In this document: piece by piece, positions 48,693 to 58,600 of the stretch
How the letters are laid out: every line of letters starts with the position of its first letter
How positions within the stretch are numbered: the stretch's first letter is position 1
IMG/VR virus record: IMGVR_UViG_3300017917_003607
Coordinates: 1 to 64,000 of that record
Reading direction: 5' to 3' (one strand)
DNA: 64,000 nucleotides
Source: a virus
The notes under the pieces: model-generated
The model's input: only the letters and a program-made list of their open reading frames with translations
The model's database searches: none
Told to the model about the DNA's origin: nothing
Translations under genes and position numbers: made by a program

Positions 48693-51600
48693 TTAGATAT
48701 TTTCAAAAGAAGCACCTGTTGGAGTAATTAAGAATTCAATATCTATAAATTCAAGTGCTTTAGTTGGTTTAAGGTAAATTTTACCTGTTAAAGTATTTCT
48801 GTCTAAGTCTTCAGGTGTATTTGTTACAACAACTCTAAAGTCAATCAAACCTCTATCTCTTCTTATTGAATCCAAAATTGGGTTAACAGAATCCAAGAAG
48901 TCCTGTCTAACTTTATCGTCGTTTTGTTCAAACAACAACCTTACAGCCACAGCCGAAATCAATTTACGAGCTTGTAACAACAATCTTCTTACGTTGATTC
49001 TATCAAGAGCTGATTGTGCAACTTGTGTTGTTTTATTACCCCAAATCAAAGTTCCCACATCAGAGAAAGTTGCAATTGGGTTAATTCTTCCTTGATAAAG
49101 TGTATCTCTATCATCTTGTGTAAGTTTTTTACGTGCTTTGATTGAACTTACGATACCTCTTGTGTAACCCGCAGATGCGAACCATGGGAAAGAAATATTA
49201 TCAGTTAACGCTAAGTTTTTACAAACCTCAGCAGTTGGAGGTAAATAAATCTGTGTATTGTTTACTGTATCTCTTGTTAATACCCAAGGATAATAAGTTG
49301 CGGTGTAATTTGAATCTATACCCGCAGTATCTAAGTTGTCTACCGCTTCTGTTGGGTAAATCAAATCAGTTGCTGGTGTTGTTGAGGTAGGTGCAAATAA
49401 ATCATAATCAGGACATGTCATGATGTATAATGAATCCGCTCTTTGAGATTCAATCATATCAATAGCATCTGCAACTAAATTAGAGTTATTAACAAAATCA
49501 ATACCTGGAGTAACAAAAACGTTGATATTTGTAGCTTCAGGATTTGCAAATGTTTCTTGTCCTAAAAGATATGCGTAATAGTCTGTGTTTGCCCAATCAG
49601 TTGCGTTGTTGTTTATTACTATTCTTTTGAATGCTCCCCAACCTGTCGCGTCAGGAAACTGAGATGAAGGTGCCGCTCCTTTTTTATAGTTACCACCACC
49701 TAAAACATAATCATCACCATTAGTTCTATATTTTCTGTAGATATCCCATCCGTCAAAACCACCATTTACAAATAGAGTAAATTTACGTGATTGTAATCTG
49801 TAGTAAGGGTCTGTAGAACTTGTTGGGTCAGAGGTAAAAGACGCAGCTCCAACCTCAAACGCCGAAGTTCCTGAAGTACTAAATGACGATGAAATAGTTA
49901 CAACTGTTGCCCCACTATCCATATGGAAACCTTTAGATTTGTAATCCCAAGGTGTTGAGGTTGTTGCCTCTGCAATATCACTAGGTGTTTGTTTACCCTT
50001 ATAGTCAAAAAACTCAGAGTCATAACCTATTGTATCTGAAAGACCTAAGAAAGTTCTATTTATTTTATCACCCGAACTTCTTTGTACTGAAGAAAATGGT
50101 GGTTGGAAAGTAATTTCACCAGCGGTAAAATATTTAGTTTTGTATGTTGGGAAAGGAGTTAAAGCTCCATTATAATTTCTCATTGAGTATCCTTCAAAAC
50201 CACAAGGTAGTGCGTCTACAGGTGCTTCAGGATTAATTTCCAACATTACAAACTTAGACCTCTGTTGATATTCGCCATCACTTGTTCCTATTTTTACACC
50301 CACAAAACTGTTTGAATTTGGGTTCATAGAACAATTTGTAAATTTCTCCAAATATACAGGGTTAGCGTCAGTGTCGTTGAAAGCTCTAATACCAACATCA
50401 AAAGTTCCGTTGTTAAATGATATGTTGAGTATTGATATTTTTATTTCTTGGTTTGCTGCGTTACCGTCAGATATTGAAATAAATTTAAATAATTGATAAA
50501 CTTTATTACCTCTCAATTCTGAAACCAAATAAGGTGTTTCAGGAGTTTGGTATTGTTCTAAGTACCAACCAATTGATGTAAGCGTTCCATTATCGTCTTG
50601 TGCAGAAGGTAAAGAGGTCAAGTTAGAACTTATACCTCTAATATAACCTTTCTTATAACCGTAGTTTAATAAATTACTAAATTCTTCTTCAACAAATAAA
50701 GGTACTTGTTCACTTGGTTTTGCAAAGTTTGAAAGACCTAAAACTCTAGAAATGTAATTACTATCTGTCGAGTCCATAGAAACTTTAAACTCAAATGAAG
50801 TTCCGTTATTTGAAACCCCTGATATGCCAAATGGTGAATAAGGACTAAAAGTCGCTGCTGAATATACGCTATTAAAATCTAAAGTAACATCACTTGTTCC
50901 CGATACAACCCAAACAGGATTTACCGAAGATGTGTATGTAGAAACACCTCTTGAGCGAAGTGTTGCAACTACCACATTATTATACTCAGTAAATGCAGTA
51001 CCGATTTGTGTGAAACCTGAAACAGAAACTGAACCTGAGAATTGTCCTGCGACACCATAAGTAGTTCCTGACAAAGTATTTACCCTTGAAATAAACGAGT
51101 AACCTGAATAAGCGTTTCCTGTTGTAGGTTTAAATTGTGCGTAATACCAAGCGTCGTTATCTCTACTACCATAAGTGGTCAAACTATCTTTAACACTTGG
51201 TACATTATATACGTTAGTAATTCCTGTCCATCCCGCACCTGTTAGGGCATCATATCTTGCATCTGGAACCGTACCGAAAACATATGCTGATGTACCACTT
51301 GTTGCAGGTGTTGCAAATACACCACTTAGTAAAGATTTTAATTTAGCCGAAATACTTGTTGAAGTACCATTATTTAAACTTAATACTCTATTCAAATCAG
51401 AATTAAATATTGCGGAAGAAGTTGAGCCAAGCTCAATTGTTGAGGTTCCGCCAGTTGTTCCTGTAAATGTTACGATTACTTCAGTGAGTGAAGAATTCTG
51501 AGAAACAGAACCACCACTTACGTTTGCTATTGTTTTGATTGACCAAGAAGGTCCCGCATCATAACCCGAAAGTCCTAATACTCTTGTAACAAACAATTGA

Positions 51601-51866
51601 TTAGATTGTTGTAAATAAGCCTTTGCAATATAGGCCGCTTCGTATTTAGGGATTTGTGTTTCCACGAATTTTTCAGGAGTTGTTCCACCAAACACTGTTT
51701 GGAATTGGTCAAAATCTGAAATGAAAATAGGTTCAAATGCTGGTCCCTTTAAGGTTTCACCAACAATGCCCAAAGTTGTAACACCTACACTTTGTGCTAC
51801 GAATGATAAATCACGTTCTGAAGTATAAACTCCAGGTGAAACGAATACTTTATTGGATGTTGCCAT
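48693..51866 (-). CDS. Contractile tail sheath protein (T4 gp18-like)
   Basis: FVSPGVYTSERD, PWFASAGYTRG, WGNKT...RINVRRLL and LEFIDIEF motifs. Confidence 0.95.
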   Translation of the reverse strand: MATSNKVFVSPGVYTSERDLSFVAQSVGVTTLGIVGETLKGPAFEPIFISDFDQFQTVFGGTTPEKFVETQIPKYEAAYIAKAYLQQSNQLFVTRVLGLSGYDAGPSWSIKTIANVSGGSVSQNSSLTEVIVTFTGTTGGTSTIELGSTSSAIFNSDLNRVLSLNNGTSTSISAKLKSLLSGVFATPATSGTSAYVFGTVPDARYDALTGAGWTGITNVYNVPSVKDSLTTYGSRDNDAWYYAQFKPTTGNAYSGYSFISRVNTLSGTTYGVAGQFSGSVSVSGFTQIGTAFTEYNNVVVATLRSRGVSTYTSSVNPVWVVSGTSDVTLDFNSVYSAATFSPYSPFGISGVSNNGTSFEFKVSMDSTDSNYISRVLGLSNFAKPSEQVPLFVEEEFSNLLNYGYKKGYIRGISSNLTSLPSAQDDNGTLTSIGWYLEQYQTPETPYLVSELRGNKVYQLFKFISISDGNAANQEIKISILNISFNNGTFDVGIRAFNDTDANPVYLEKFTNCSMNPNSNSFVGVKIGTSDGEYQQRSKFVMLEINPEAPVDALPCGFEGYSMRNYNGALTPFPTYKTKYFTAGEITFQPPFSSVQRSSGDKINRTFLGLSDTIGYDSEFFDYKGKQTPSDIAEATTSTPWDYKSKGFHMDSGATVVTISSSFSTSGTSAFEVGAASFTSDPTSSTDPYYRLQSRKFTLFVNGGFDGWDIYRKYRTNGDDYVLGGGNYKKGAAPSSQFPDATGWGAFKRIVINNNATDWANTDYYAYLLGQETFANPEATNINVFVTPGIDFVNNSNLVADAIDMIESQRADSLYIMTCPDYDLFAPTSTTPATDLIYPTEAVDNLDTAGIDSNYTATYYPWVLTRDTVNNTQIYLPPTAEVCKNLALTDNISFPWFASAGYTRGIVSSIKARKKLTQDDRDTLYQGRINPIATFSDVGTLIWGNKTTQVAQSALDRINVRRLLLQARKLISAVAVRLLFEQNDDKVRQDFLDSVNPILDSIRRDRGLIDFRVVVTNTPEDLDRNTLTGKIYLKPTKALEFIDIEFLITPTGASFENI

Positions 51867-51991
51867 TATTTTTAATTTTTCTTTTTACGGTTTTATTTTT
51901 ATACATAAATATTGTTGATTTTTTCAAAAAACTTTGTAACGCATTTATATTTATAAAGTGGTGGGAATAAATTCTGCCTTTTTTCTACCAT

Positions 51992-52162
51992 ATGAAAAAA
52001 ACACCCAAGAAGATAAAAAACATAAAGATTTCTATAGAATCACATCAGATTCTTAAAGATTACTGTAATAAAAAAGGATATAAGATATACGGTTTTTTAG
52101 AAGAACTTATTAAGAATAATTGTAAAATAAAAACCGACCTATATGGTGACCCATTAGATTAA
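51992..52162 (+). CDS. Small ribbon-helix-helix-like DNA-binding protein
   Basis: Not in the track. KNIKISIESHQILKDYCNKKGYKIYGFLEELI gives a strand-helix-helix pattern; TATTTAT upstream. Confidence 0.65.
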   Translation: MKKTPKKIKNIKISIESHQILKDYCNKKGYKIYGFLEELIKNNCKIKTDLYGDPLD

Positions 52163-53197
52163 ATCTACTTTAAATAGAATATTTGCATCTTGTCCGACAA
52201 CTTCTTTTGTTACATTAATTCTTAAAGTGTCATTAGTATTAATTTGAAAATAAGTTAAATCGTTCCCAATCAAATTACCATTAATTAAAACTTCATAAGT
52301 CAAAACATTTTCTGTTTTTACTAAATGATAATCGTAGTTAGCACTTACCAAATCAATTAAAGAATTGTTAGAACCTAAAAACTGAAAATTACCAACTATT
52401 GTATTTTCGTTTGGTTGTAATGATGTTGCTTGTCTAGCTCTTGTTTTGGTAGATATATCATACATCGTTAAAACTCTTGAAACCGCAGGAGACACCTCAA
52501 ATTGTTCTTCATCTAACAAAATACCCAACATCTTAAAAGTGTAGTTTTGTATGTAGTATCTTCTTTTTTGTAATTCAACAACGGATTCATCAGAAATCGA
52601 ATCCATTATTATTGGTATGTATCTTCCTTTTATTAATGTATATGCTTGTCTTGAAGAAAATTTTTCCAACACTTTTTTATTGAATGAATTTATTTCTCTC
52701 ATTCTATTACAAAAGATTTTAACTTCATATGTTATATCTACAGGAATTGGTTGTGGTATTTTATATACATCATATCCATTTCTTGTACCATCAAAATTAG
52801 GGACCAATGAGTATTGAAAAAGTGGTCTACCTGGAATTCTATAAGCATTTGCACCTTGATTTGTACCATATGGTGTCTCAGGTTTTCTTATAGTCGCAAC
52901 AAATGGTGGAGAAATATTATTATCCAAATCATTAAAATTCCAAGTTTGAGTAAACTGAGCCCAGTTTTGTGTGGTAATCAAAACGTCAACCGTGTTAACT
53001 TTTTTTCCGTCAACGGATATACCAAGGTCATCTTTTACAAAATCTAACATTCCCCTATCTAAATCCGCATGATAAATACCCTTAGGTAAATAAGTACCAT
53101 CCTTTTGTATTTGTTCTAAAAGCTCTTCTCTTCTCTGTTGTAGAATTTTAGGAGAAGTTAAATTAATCGTTTTTAAAAGTTTTTTTGGAGTTGCCAT
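52154..53197 (-). CDS. Tail terminator / sheath stabiliser (gp15-like)
   Basis: IPQPIPVDITYEVKIF; position between the neck and sheath genes. Confidence 0.6.
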   Translation of the reverse strand: MATPKKLLKTINLTSPKILQQRREELLEQIQKDGTYLPKGIYHADLDRGMLDFVKDDLGISVDGKKVNTVDVLITTQNWAQFTQTWNFNDLDNNISPPFVATIRKPETPYGTNQGANAYRIPGRPLFQYSLVPNFDGTRNGYDVYKIPQPIPVDITYEVKIFCNRMREINSFNKKVLEKFSSRQAYTLIKGRYIPIIMDSISDESVVELQKRRYYIQNYTFKMLGILLDEEQFEVSPAVSRVLTMYDISTKTRARQATSLQPNENTIVGNFQFLGSNNSLIDLVSANYDYHLVKTENVLTYEVLINGNLIGNDLTYFQINTNDTLRINVTKEVVGQDANILFKVDLI

Positions 53198-53709
53198 TAT
53201 ATACCTCTAAACTCATCTTCACTTACTGGTGTACAAATAAATGTTTTATAAAACGGTTTATAACCACCATAAGTATGTTTATTGTCCGAAACAATCCTAC
53301 CATCATCAGCAACAGAATAATATCTCATTCTACTTTCAGTTTCAGCATAACCAATATAATCACCATATTGTACTTGAACATTTAATTCTTCCAAATGATG
53401 TAAATACACACTAAACTTCATGTTACCAGGTTCTGTTTGAGTTAATCTAGAATTCCCAAACGTAGGATTTTCGGGTGCTAATATTTGAAGGAACCCTTTA
53501 ACCTCAACAGGAGGTAAAAAACTAATTGAGTCTTTTAATGCCTCACCATACACATCGTCTTGATTTGTTTTTGACCTATCTATTCGATATAGTACTACAC
53601 TAAAATTCATATCTCCAAATAACCATTCTTCACCCAAAGAAATATTTAATTGAAAATCTTTCTCTCCAAAAAACCTTGAAATTCGCGTAATTGGGACTTT
53701 GTTACTCAT
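53197..53709 (-). CDS. Head closure / neck protein (gp14-like)
   Basis: VVLYRID...DDVYGEA motif; start revised to MSNK at 53709. Confidence 0.65.
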   Translation of the reverse strand: MSNKVPITRISRFFGEKDFQLNISLGEEWLFGDMNFSVVLYRIDRSKTNQDDVYGEALKDSISFLPPVEVKGFLQILAPENPTFGNSRLTQTEPGNMKFSVYLHHLEELNVQVQYGDYIGYAETESRMRYYSVADDGRIVSDNKHTYGGYKPFYKTFICTPVSEDEFRGI

Positions 53710-53751
53710 TATTGATAAATACACTAAAATTGATTATTATTATAAGGATTA

Positions 53752-55521
53752 ATGTCAGATAATTCACCAATAGAATTAGTTTCACTTGTTGAACAAAAAG
53801 CTCTGAATGTTTTAGAGAACTATAACGGTGCAAATAACTATATACTGAAACTTAAAAATATATACGGACCTAATAAAAAAGGTATTCCAACGAGAAGTCA
53901 ATCTGATTATATTATAACCTATCAAAATACAGTTCCAAAAATAGCTCGTAAGTGGGTAGAATTAGATAGTTATTTTTCTGAAAAAATCGCAAACGAAAAA
54001 TTATACACCGAACCCCCAAAACAAGTTTGGGTAGAAAAGTTATTAGTTGAAAAAGACAAATCATATCATGTGTGGGGTAAATTCCTCGAGAGTGAACAAC
54101 TATCAGAATTTTGGATTCCAAAAGTTGCGATTATTAAAAACCCCGAACAATACTATAAAGAAATAGATTTTTCAAAGTATTCACATAGACCATTATTATC
54201 ACATCAAATAGAAGCGGTAAACAAACTTGTAAGAACAAAAAGATTTATATTAGCGGATGATATGGGATTGGGAAAAACTACATCAACTGTGGTTGCTGCG
54301 TTAGAAACCGAAGCCAAAAAAGTTTTGGTAATTTGTCCTGCATCGTTAAAGATAAATTGGCAAAGAGAAATACAAAACTATACAGATAGACCAACTTTTA
54401 TTTGTGATGGAAAAAAATATGAAGATACTGATTTTGTAATAATTAACTATGATATCATTAAAAATTTTCATGACCCCGAAAATGAAAAAGAATCTTTAAT
54501 ATTAAAAAGTAAATTTGATTTAATAATAATTGATGAGGCACATTACATACAGAATAAATCAGCACAAAGAACAAAATTAATCAATAGTTTTGTTAAAGAT
54601 GTTGATAGATTGTGGTTACTAACAGGTACACCAATGACCTCAAGACCCATGAATTATTATAATCTTTTAAATCTTGTTGAATCACCCGTGGCGGCAAATT
54701 GGATGGCTTACGTTAGAAGATATTGTAATGGATACCAATTCAAAGTCGGAAATAGAAAAATATGGAACGTCACGGGCGCATCAAATTTAGAAGAACTAAG
54801 AGACAGAACATCAAAACAAGTTTTACGTAGATTAAAAACTGAAGTGTTAGACTTACCTGATAAGATTATAACACCTGTATATTTGAGATTAAAATCAAAA
54901 GAATATGAAAATTTAATGGGTGAATATTATGATTGGTATGATAAAAATCCCGATGAAAGTACATCACTAACCGTCCAATTTACAAAACTTACAAAAATAA
55001 GACAGGTAATCGCAAGTGAAAAAATAAACTCAACAATAGAATTAATTGAAAACATTTTAGAACAAGATAAAAAAGTAATAGTTTTTACAAACTTTACAGA
55101 GACATTACACACAATACATTCACACTTTGGAAAAAAATCGGTTTATCTTGATGGTTCTTGTAGTCCAAAACAAAGACAGGACGCGGTAGACAATTTTCAA
55201 AACAATGAAGAAATTAGAGTGTTTGTCGGAAACCTGAAAGCCGCGGGTGTTGGTATTACACTAACCGCGGCTGAGGCTGTTATTATGAATGACTTATCAT
55301 TTGTACCATCAGACCATTCACAAGCTGAAGACAGAAGTTATAGATACGGACAGAAATCAAATGTTTCTGTTTATTATCCAATATTTGAAAATACAATCGA
55401 AGGAGTTATATACGATATACTAAATCATAAGAAAAATATTTTTGAGACTGTAATGGGTGATAATCAATCAAGAGCGGATGTTGTACAAGAAATAATGAGT
55501 CGAATTAATGAACGAATGTAA
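53752..55521 (+). CDS. SNF2-family (HARP/SMARCAL1-like) helicase
   Basis: LADDMGLGKT, DEAH, LTGTP and QAEDRSYRYGQ motifs. Confidence 0.92.
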   Translation: MSDNSPIELVSLVEQKALNVLENYNGANNYILKLKNIYGPNKKGIPTRSQSDYIITYQNTVPKIARKWVELDSYFSEKIANEKLYTEPPKQVWVEKLLVEKDKSYHVWGKFLESEQLSEFWIPKVAIIKNPEQYYKEIDFSKYSHRPLLSHQIEAVNKLVRTKRFILADDMGLGKTTSTVVAALETEAKKVLVICPASLKINWQREIQNYTDRPTFICDGKKYEDTDFVIINYDIIKNFHDPENEKESLILKSKFDLIIIDEAHYIQNKSAQRTKLINSFVKDVDRLWLLTGTPMTSRPMNYYNLLNLVESPVAANWMAYVRRYCNGYQFKVGNRKIWNVTGASNLEELRDRTSKQVLRRLKTEVLDLPDKIITPVYLRLKSKEYENLMGEYYDWYDKNPDESTSLTVQFTKLTKIRQVIASEKINSTIELIENILEQDKKVIVFTNFTETLHTIHSHFGKKSVYLDGSCSPKQRQDAVDNFQNNEEIRVFVGNLKAAGVGITLTAAEAVIMNDLSFVPSDHSQAEDRSYRYGQKSNVSVYYPIFENTIEGVIYDILNHKKNIFETVMGDNQSRADVVQEIMSRINERM

Positions 55522-55562
55522 AGTTTTGTGGAACTCTATTTATTTATAATAAAAGTAGAGAC

Positions 55563-57125
55563 ATGAAATTGAAAAAGTTAGAATCCGAAATTGAAGAACT
55601 ACAAAGTATAATCGAAGGTACCGAAAACACACAAGAAATACTTCAAGAGCAACAAAAAGAAATTATTAACGAAATGAAGAAAATAGGTATTGAAAAATTA
55701 CCTTACTCTTATTCTTCACTCCAACGATTCATTGACCCAAAAACAATGAATATCCACTATAACAAACATTACAAAGGATATGTGGATAAACTAAACAAAG
55801 CATTAGAAAAACAAAAAGACAACGATTTAGACCTCGAAGAGATAGTTAAAGGTATTTCTCGTTTTAGTAAAACCGTTAGAAATAATGCTGGTGGGGCTTT
55901 TAACCACGCATTGTTTTGGAAAATGTTAACACCAAAAAAACAAAAGATTAAAGGTGAAATTTTAGAAAAAATCATTAAAGATTTTGGTTCATACGAAGAA
56001 TTTAAAAAACAGTTCATTGAAAAATCAAAATTAAATTTTGGTTCAGGTTGGTGTTGGTTGGTTATTACAAAAACAGGTAAATTAAAAATTGTAACCACGC
56101 CAAATCAAGACAATCCATTAATGAATGTTATTAAAGATGGCGGATACCCACTTTTGGGGTTAGACCTTTGGGAACACGCATATTATCTTAGATATCAAAA
56201 CAAAAAAGATGAATATATTGAAAAGTTTTTTTTAGTTGTTAATTGGGAATTTGTAAATTCTCTATATACGGCAAAAACCGAGAAGAAATTAAATGAAGAA
56301 AAATTAGTATCACAAATTTTAACAGAAGAACAAAGAAGTATGGGATGTAATTCATCACAAGTGAAACAAATTAACAGATTGTTTTCAACAAACCCACAAG
56401 TAAAATACAAGTTTATGAACACCATTAACACAATATTAAAAAGTGTTTATGCCGAATATTGGAAAGAAAAAGACGAATATGAACCAGGTTCTATGTCAGG
56501 AATATATGATTTTGGTACCAAAGGACGTTCAGTTTTAAATAAACTAAACACAAACTACAGTTCATTTTGTATTTTAATGAACGACCTCAATATTTTTTTA
56601 ATTTCAAAAGAAAAACAACCAATTATGTTCTCTATGAACAATAAAGAACAACAACTACAAGAGGTTGAAAGATTTTGTAACTATTTGGAGTTACTCAAAG
56701 ATAGAATTTTTAATTTGTCTACATCGAAAACATTCCAAGAAATTTTCAAAAAATTAAAAGAGACTGACCAAAGAGGTGAAAAAAGAGAAGACGATACGGT
56801 AATACAACTTAAAAAAATATTCAAAACCGATAAAGTTGAAAAAATTGGTGGTCTTGGGAATGAAGAAGATATGATTTCAGGTGTAGACGCAATTATTGAT
56901 GTTAATGGTGAAAGGAAAACCGCACAAATTAAACCATTTAGTTACACTAAAGACATCTCAGATAATGAAGTTATGGTATTTGGTGCTAGTGCACCTAAAA
57001 AATACAAAACCGATTTTATTGTTTTTAATAACCCAAGTAGAACTTTGGTTTTTAAAAATCAAGGAACAAAAATATTAGACGGAAATTACGTTTTTCCAAA
57101 AGAAAGCGAAATTAAATCTGTTTAA
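55563..57125 (+). CDS. Fe/Mn superoxide dismutase fused to a C-terminal PD-(D/E)xK-like domain
   Basis: HYNKH, NHALFW, FGSGW, TPNQDNP, DLWEHAYY; C-terminal G..RE...DMISGVD...TAQIKP. Confidence 0.85.
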   Translation: MKLKKLESEIEELQSIIEGTENTQEILQEQQKEIINEMKKIGIEKLPYSYSSLQRFIDPKTMNIHYNKHYKGYVDKLNKALEKQKDNDLDLEEIVKGISRFSKTVRNNAGGAFNHALFWKMLTPKKQKIKGEILEKIIKDFGSYEEFKKQFIEKSKLNFGSGWCWLVITKTGKLKIVTTPNQDNPLMNVIKDGGYPLLGLDLWEHAYYLRYQNKKDEYIEKFFLVVNWEFVNSLYTAKTEKKLNEEKLVSQILTEEQRSMGCNSSQVKQINRLFSTNPQVKYKFMNTINTILKSVYAEYWKEKDEYEPGSMSGIYDFGTKGRSVLNKLNTNYSSFCILMNDLNIFLISKEKQPIMFSMNNKEQQLQEVERFCNYLELLKDRIFNLSTSKTFQEIFKKLKETDQRGEKREDDTVIQLKKIFKTDKVEKIGGLGNEEDMISGVDAIIDVNGERKTAQIKPFSYTKDISDNEVMVFGASAPKKYKTDFIVFNNPSRTLVFKNQGTKILDGNYVFPKESEIKSV

Positions 57126-57137
57126 TATTTATAATAA

Positions 57138-58265
57138 ATGGCAGTAATACAAGAACCCGAAAGAAGTAAATTATACAGACGTATCCGTAATCTTCTTGGT
57201 GCACCTGTTAGGGGTGTTGAATTGGAGGACGAACAAATGGATGCATTGTTAGAGTTGGCTATAGGAGACTATACTCAATATGTTTTAAATTGGTTAATTG
57301 ACGCTCAATGGACATCTCTTAATGGTTTGAATTTGGATGAGCGTTCAGTGGCAAATGCTTTGATTACTCGTAGTTTAGATTGGGAAACTCAATACACATA
57401 CGCTTATTCAAAAATAGTAGGGTTACAAGCTGGCGGACCATGGGTATTAAAAAAGGATTATTTTGATTTAGTCCCTAATCAACAATTATACGAGATACCT
57501 GCTGGTAGAGAAATCAATGAGTTGTTATGGTTTCAAAGAGCCGAATTAAATGACACGTTTTTTGACCCATTTATGGGTGGATTGTATGGGTTTGGAGGTA
57601 CTGGATTAGGAGGTCCTGCAGGATACTCACAGTTTGGTGTTGGTGGTAGTTATTTTATGATGCCAGCATTTGATGTTCTGTTGAGAATGGCGGACAGAAA
57701 TATAAAACAGAGAATCATAATTGGTGATTTAACTTATAGAATAACCGCAGCTCCTGATGGTAAAAAAATAGTTCATTTGTACAACGTACCTGGTGGGAGA
57801 TTTGATTTTTCAAACATTTCTTTTAATAAATACAGATGTTGGTATTGGTATTATGATACTACAGATGCAGATAGAGATGATTGTTTGAAAAAAAATCCAG
57901 ACATTGTTAAACTACCTTCAGATGTTCCTTTGGATGAATTAAGTTGGTCTGAATTGAATACTCCCGCACAACAATGGGTGAGACGTTGGTTTACCGCCTA
58001 TTGTAAAGAAACCTTATCACGAATTTGGGGTAAGTATCAAGGAAATATTAAAACACCCGATTCTGAACTTACTTTGGATTATGCATCATTAGCCACTGAG
58101 GCTAAAGATGAAAAATTAAAATTAATGGAGGATTTAACGGGTCCTGAAGGCACTCTCACAAGGCTCAGACCTGACAAAGTCATGGAAAGAGAGGCTTTAA
58201 TTGCTGAAAACTTAAATAAACAACTTAAGTTTAGAGCTTTTCCTGGTAATTTTTATGTAATATAA
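57138..58265 (+). CDS. Neck protein / head-tail adaptor (T4 gp13-like)
   Basis: LLGAPVRGVELEDEQM; WVRRWFTAYCKETLSRIWGKY. Confidence 0.8.
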   Translation: MAVIQEPERSKLYRRIRNLLGAPVRGVELEDEQMDALLELAIGDYTQYVLNWLIDAQWTSLNGLNLDERSVANALITRSLDWETQYTYAYSKIVGLQAGGPWVLKKDYFDLVPNQQLYEIPAGREINELLWFQRAELNDTFFDPFMGGLYGFGGTGLGGPAGYSQFGVGGSYFMMPAFDVLLRMADRNIKQRIIIGDLTYRITAAPDGKKIVHLYNVPGGRFDFSNISFNKYRCWYWYYDTTDADRDDCLKKNPDIVKLPSDVPLDELSWSELNTPAQQWVRRWFTAYCKETLSRIWGKYQGNIKTPDSELTLDYASLATEAKDEKLKLMEDLTGPEGTLTRLRPDKVMEREALIAENLNKQLKFRAFPGNFYVI

Positions 58266-58600
58266 TGGCAGTTTTACGAAGTATACCATCAAAAAAAATA
58301 GTAAATGGTCACGAGATAACCACATCAGAAAATTTACTAATATCAGAATCATTTTACAAAACAAATGGTGAATATGCAATTGTAATAAAAGGAGTTGATT
58401 TCTGTGAATTAATTTTAAATAGTGATACTTCAGACCACGTTGTTGTAAAAGCTTTGACACATGTTTTAATTAAACCCGATAAAAACAAAATTGATGAGGA
58501 ATACGATGAAGTAGAAATCAACAAAGGTGCTTGTGTCGAGTTCTACTTCATGGGTGGTTGTTGGTATATCCTTTCCTCAGACGGACTCAAATTGAGTTAA
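58265..58600 (+). CDS. Hypothetical beta-rich protein
   Basis: 111 aa, coupled by TAATG to the neck gene. Confidence 0.6.
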   Translation: MAVLRSIPSKKIVNGHEITTSENLLISESFYKTNGEYAIVIKGVDFCELILNSDTSDHVVVKALTHVLIKPDKNKIDEEYDEVEINKGACVEFYFMGGCWYILSSDGLKLS

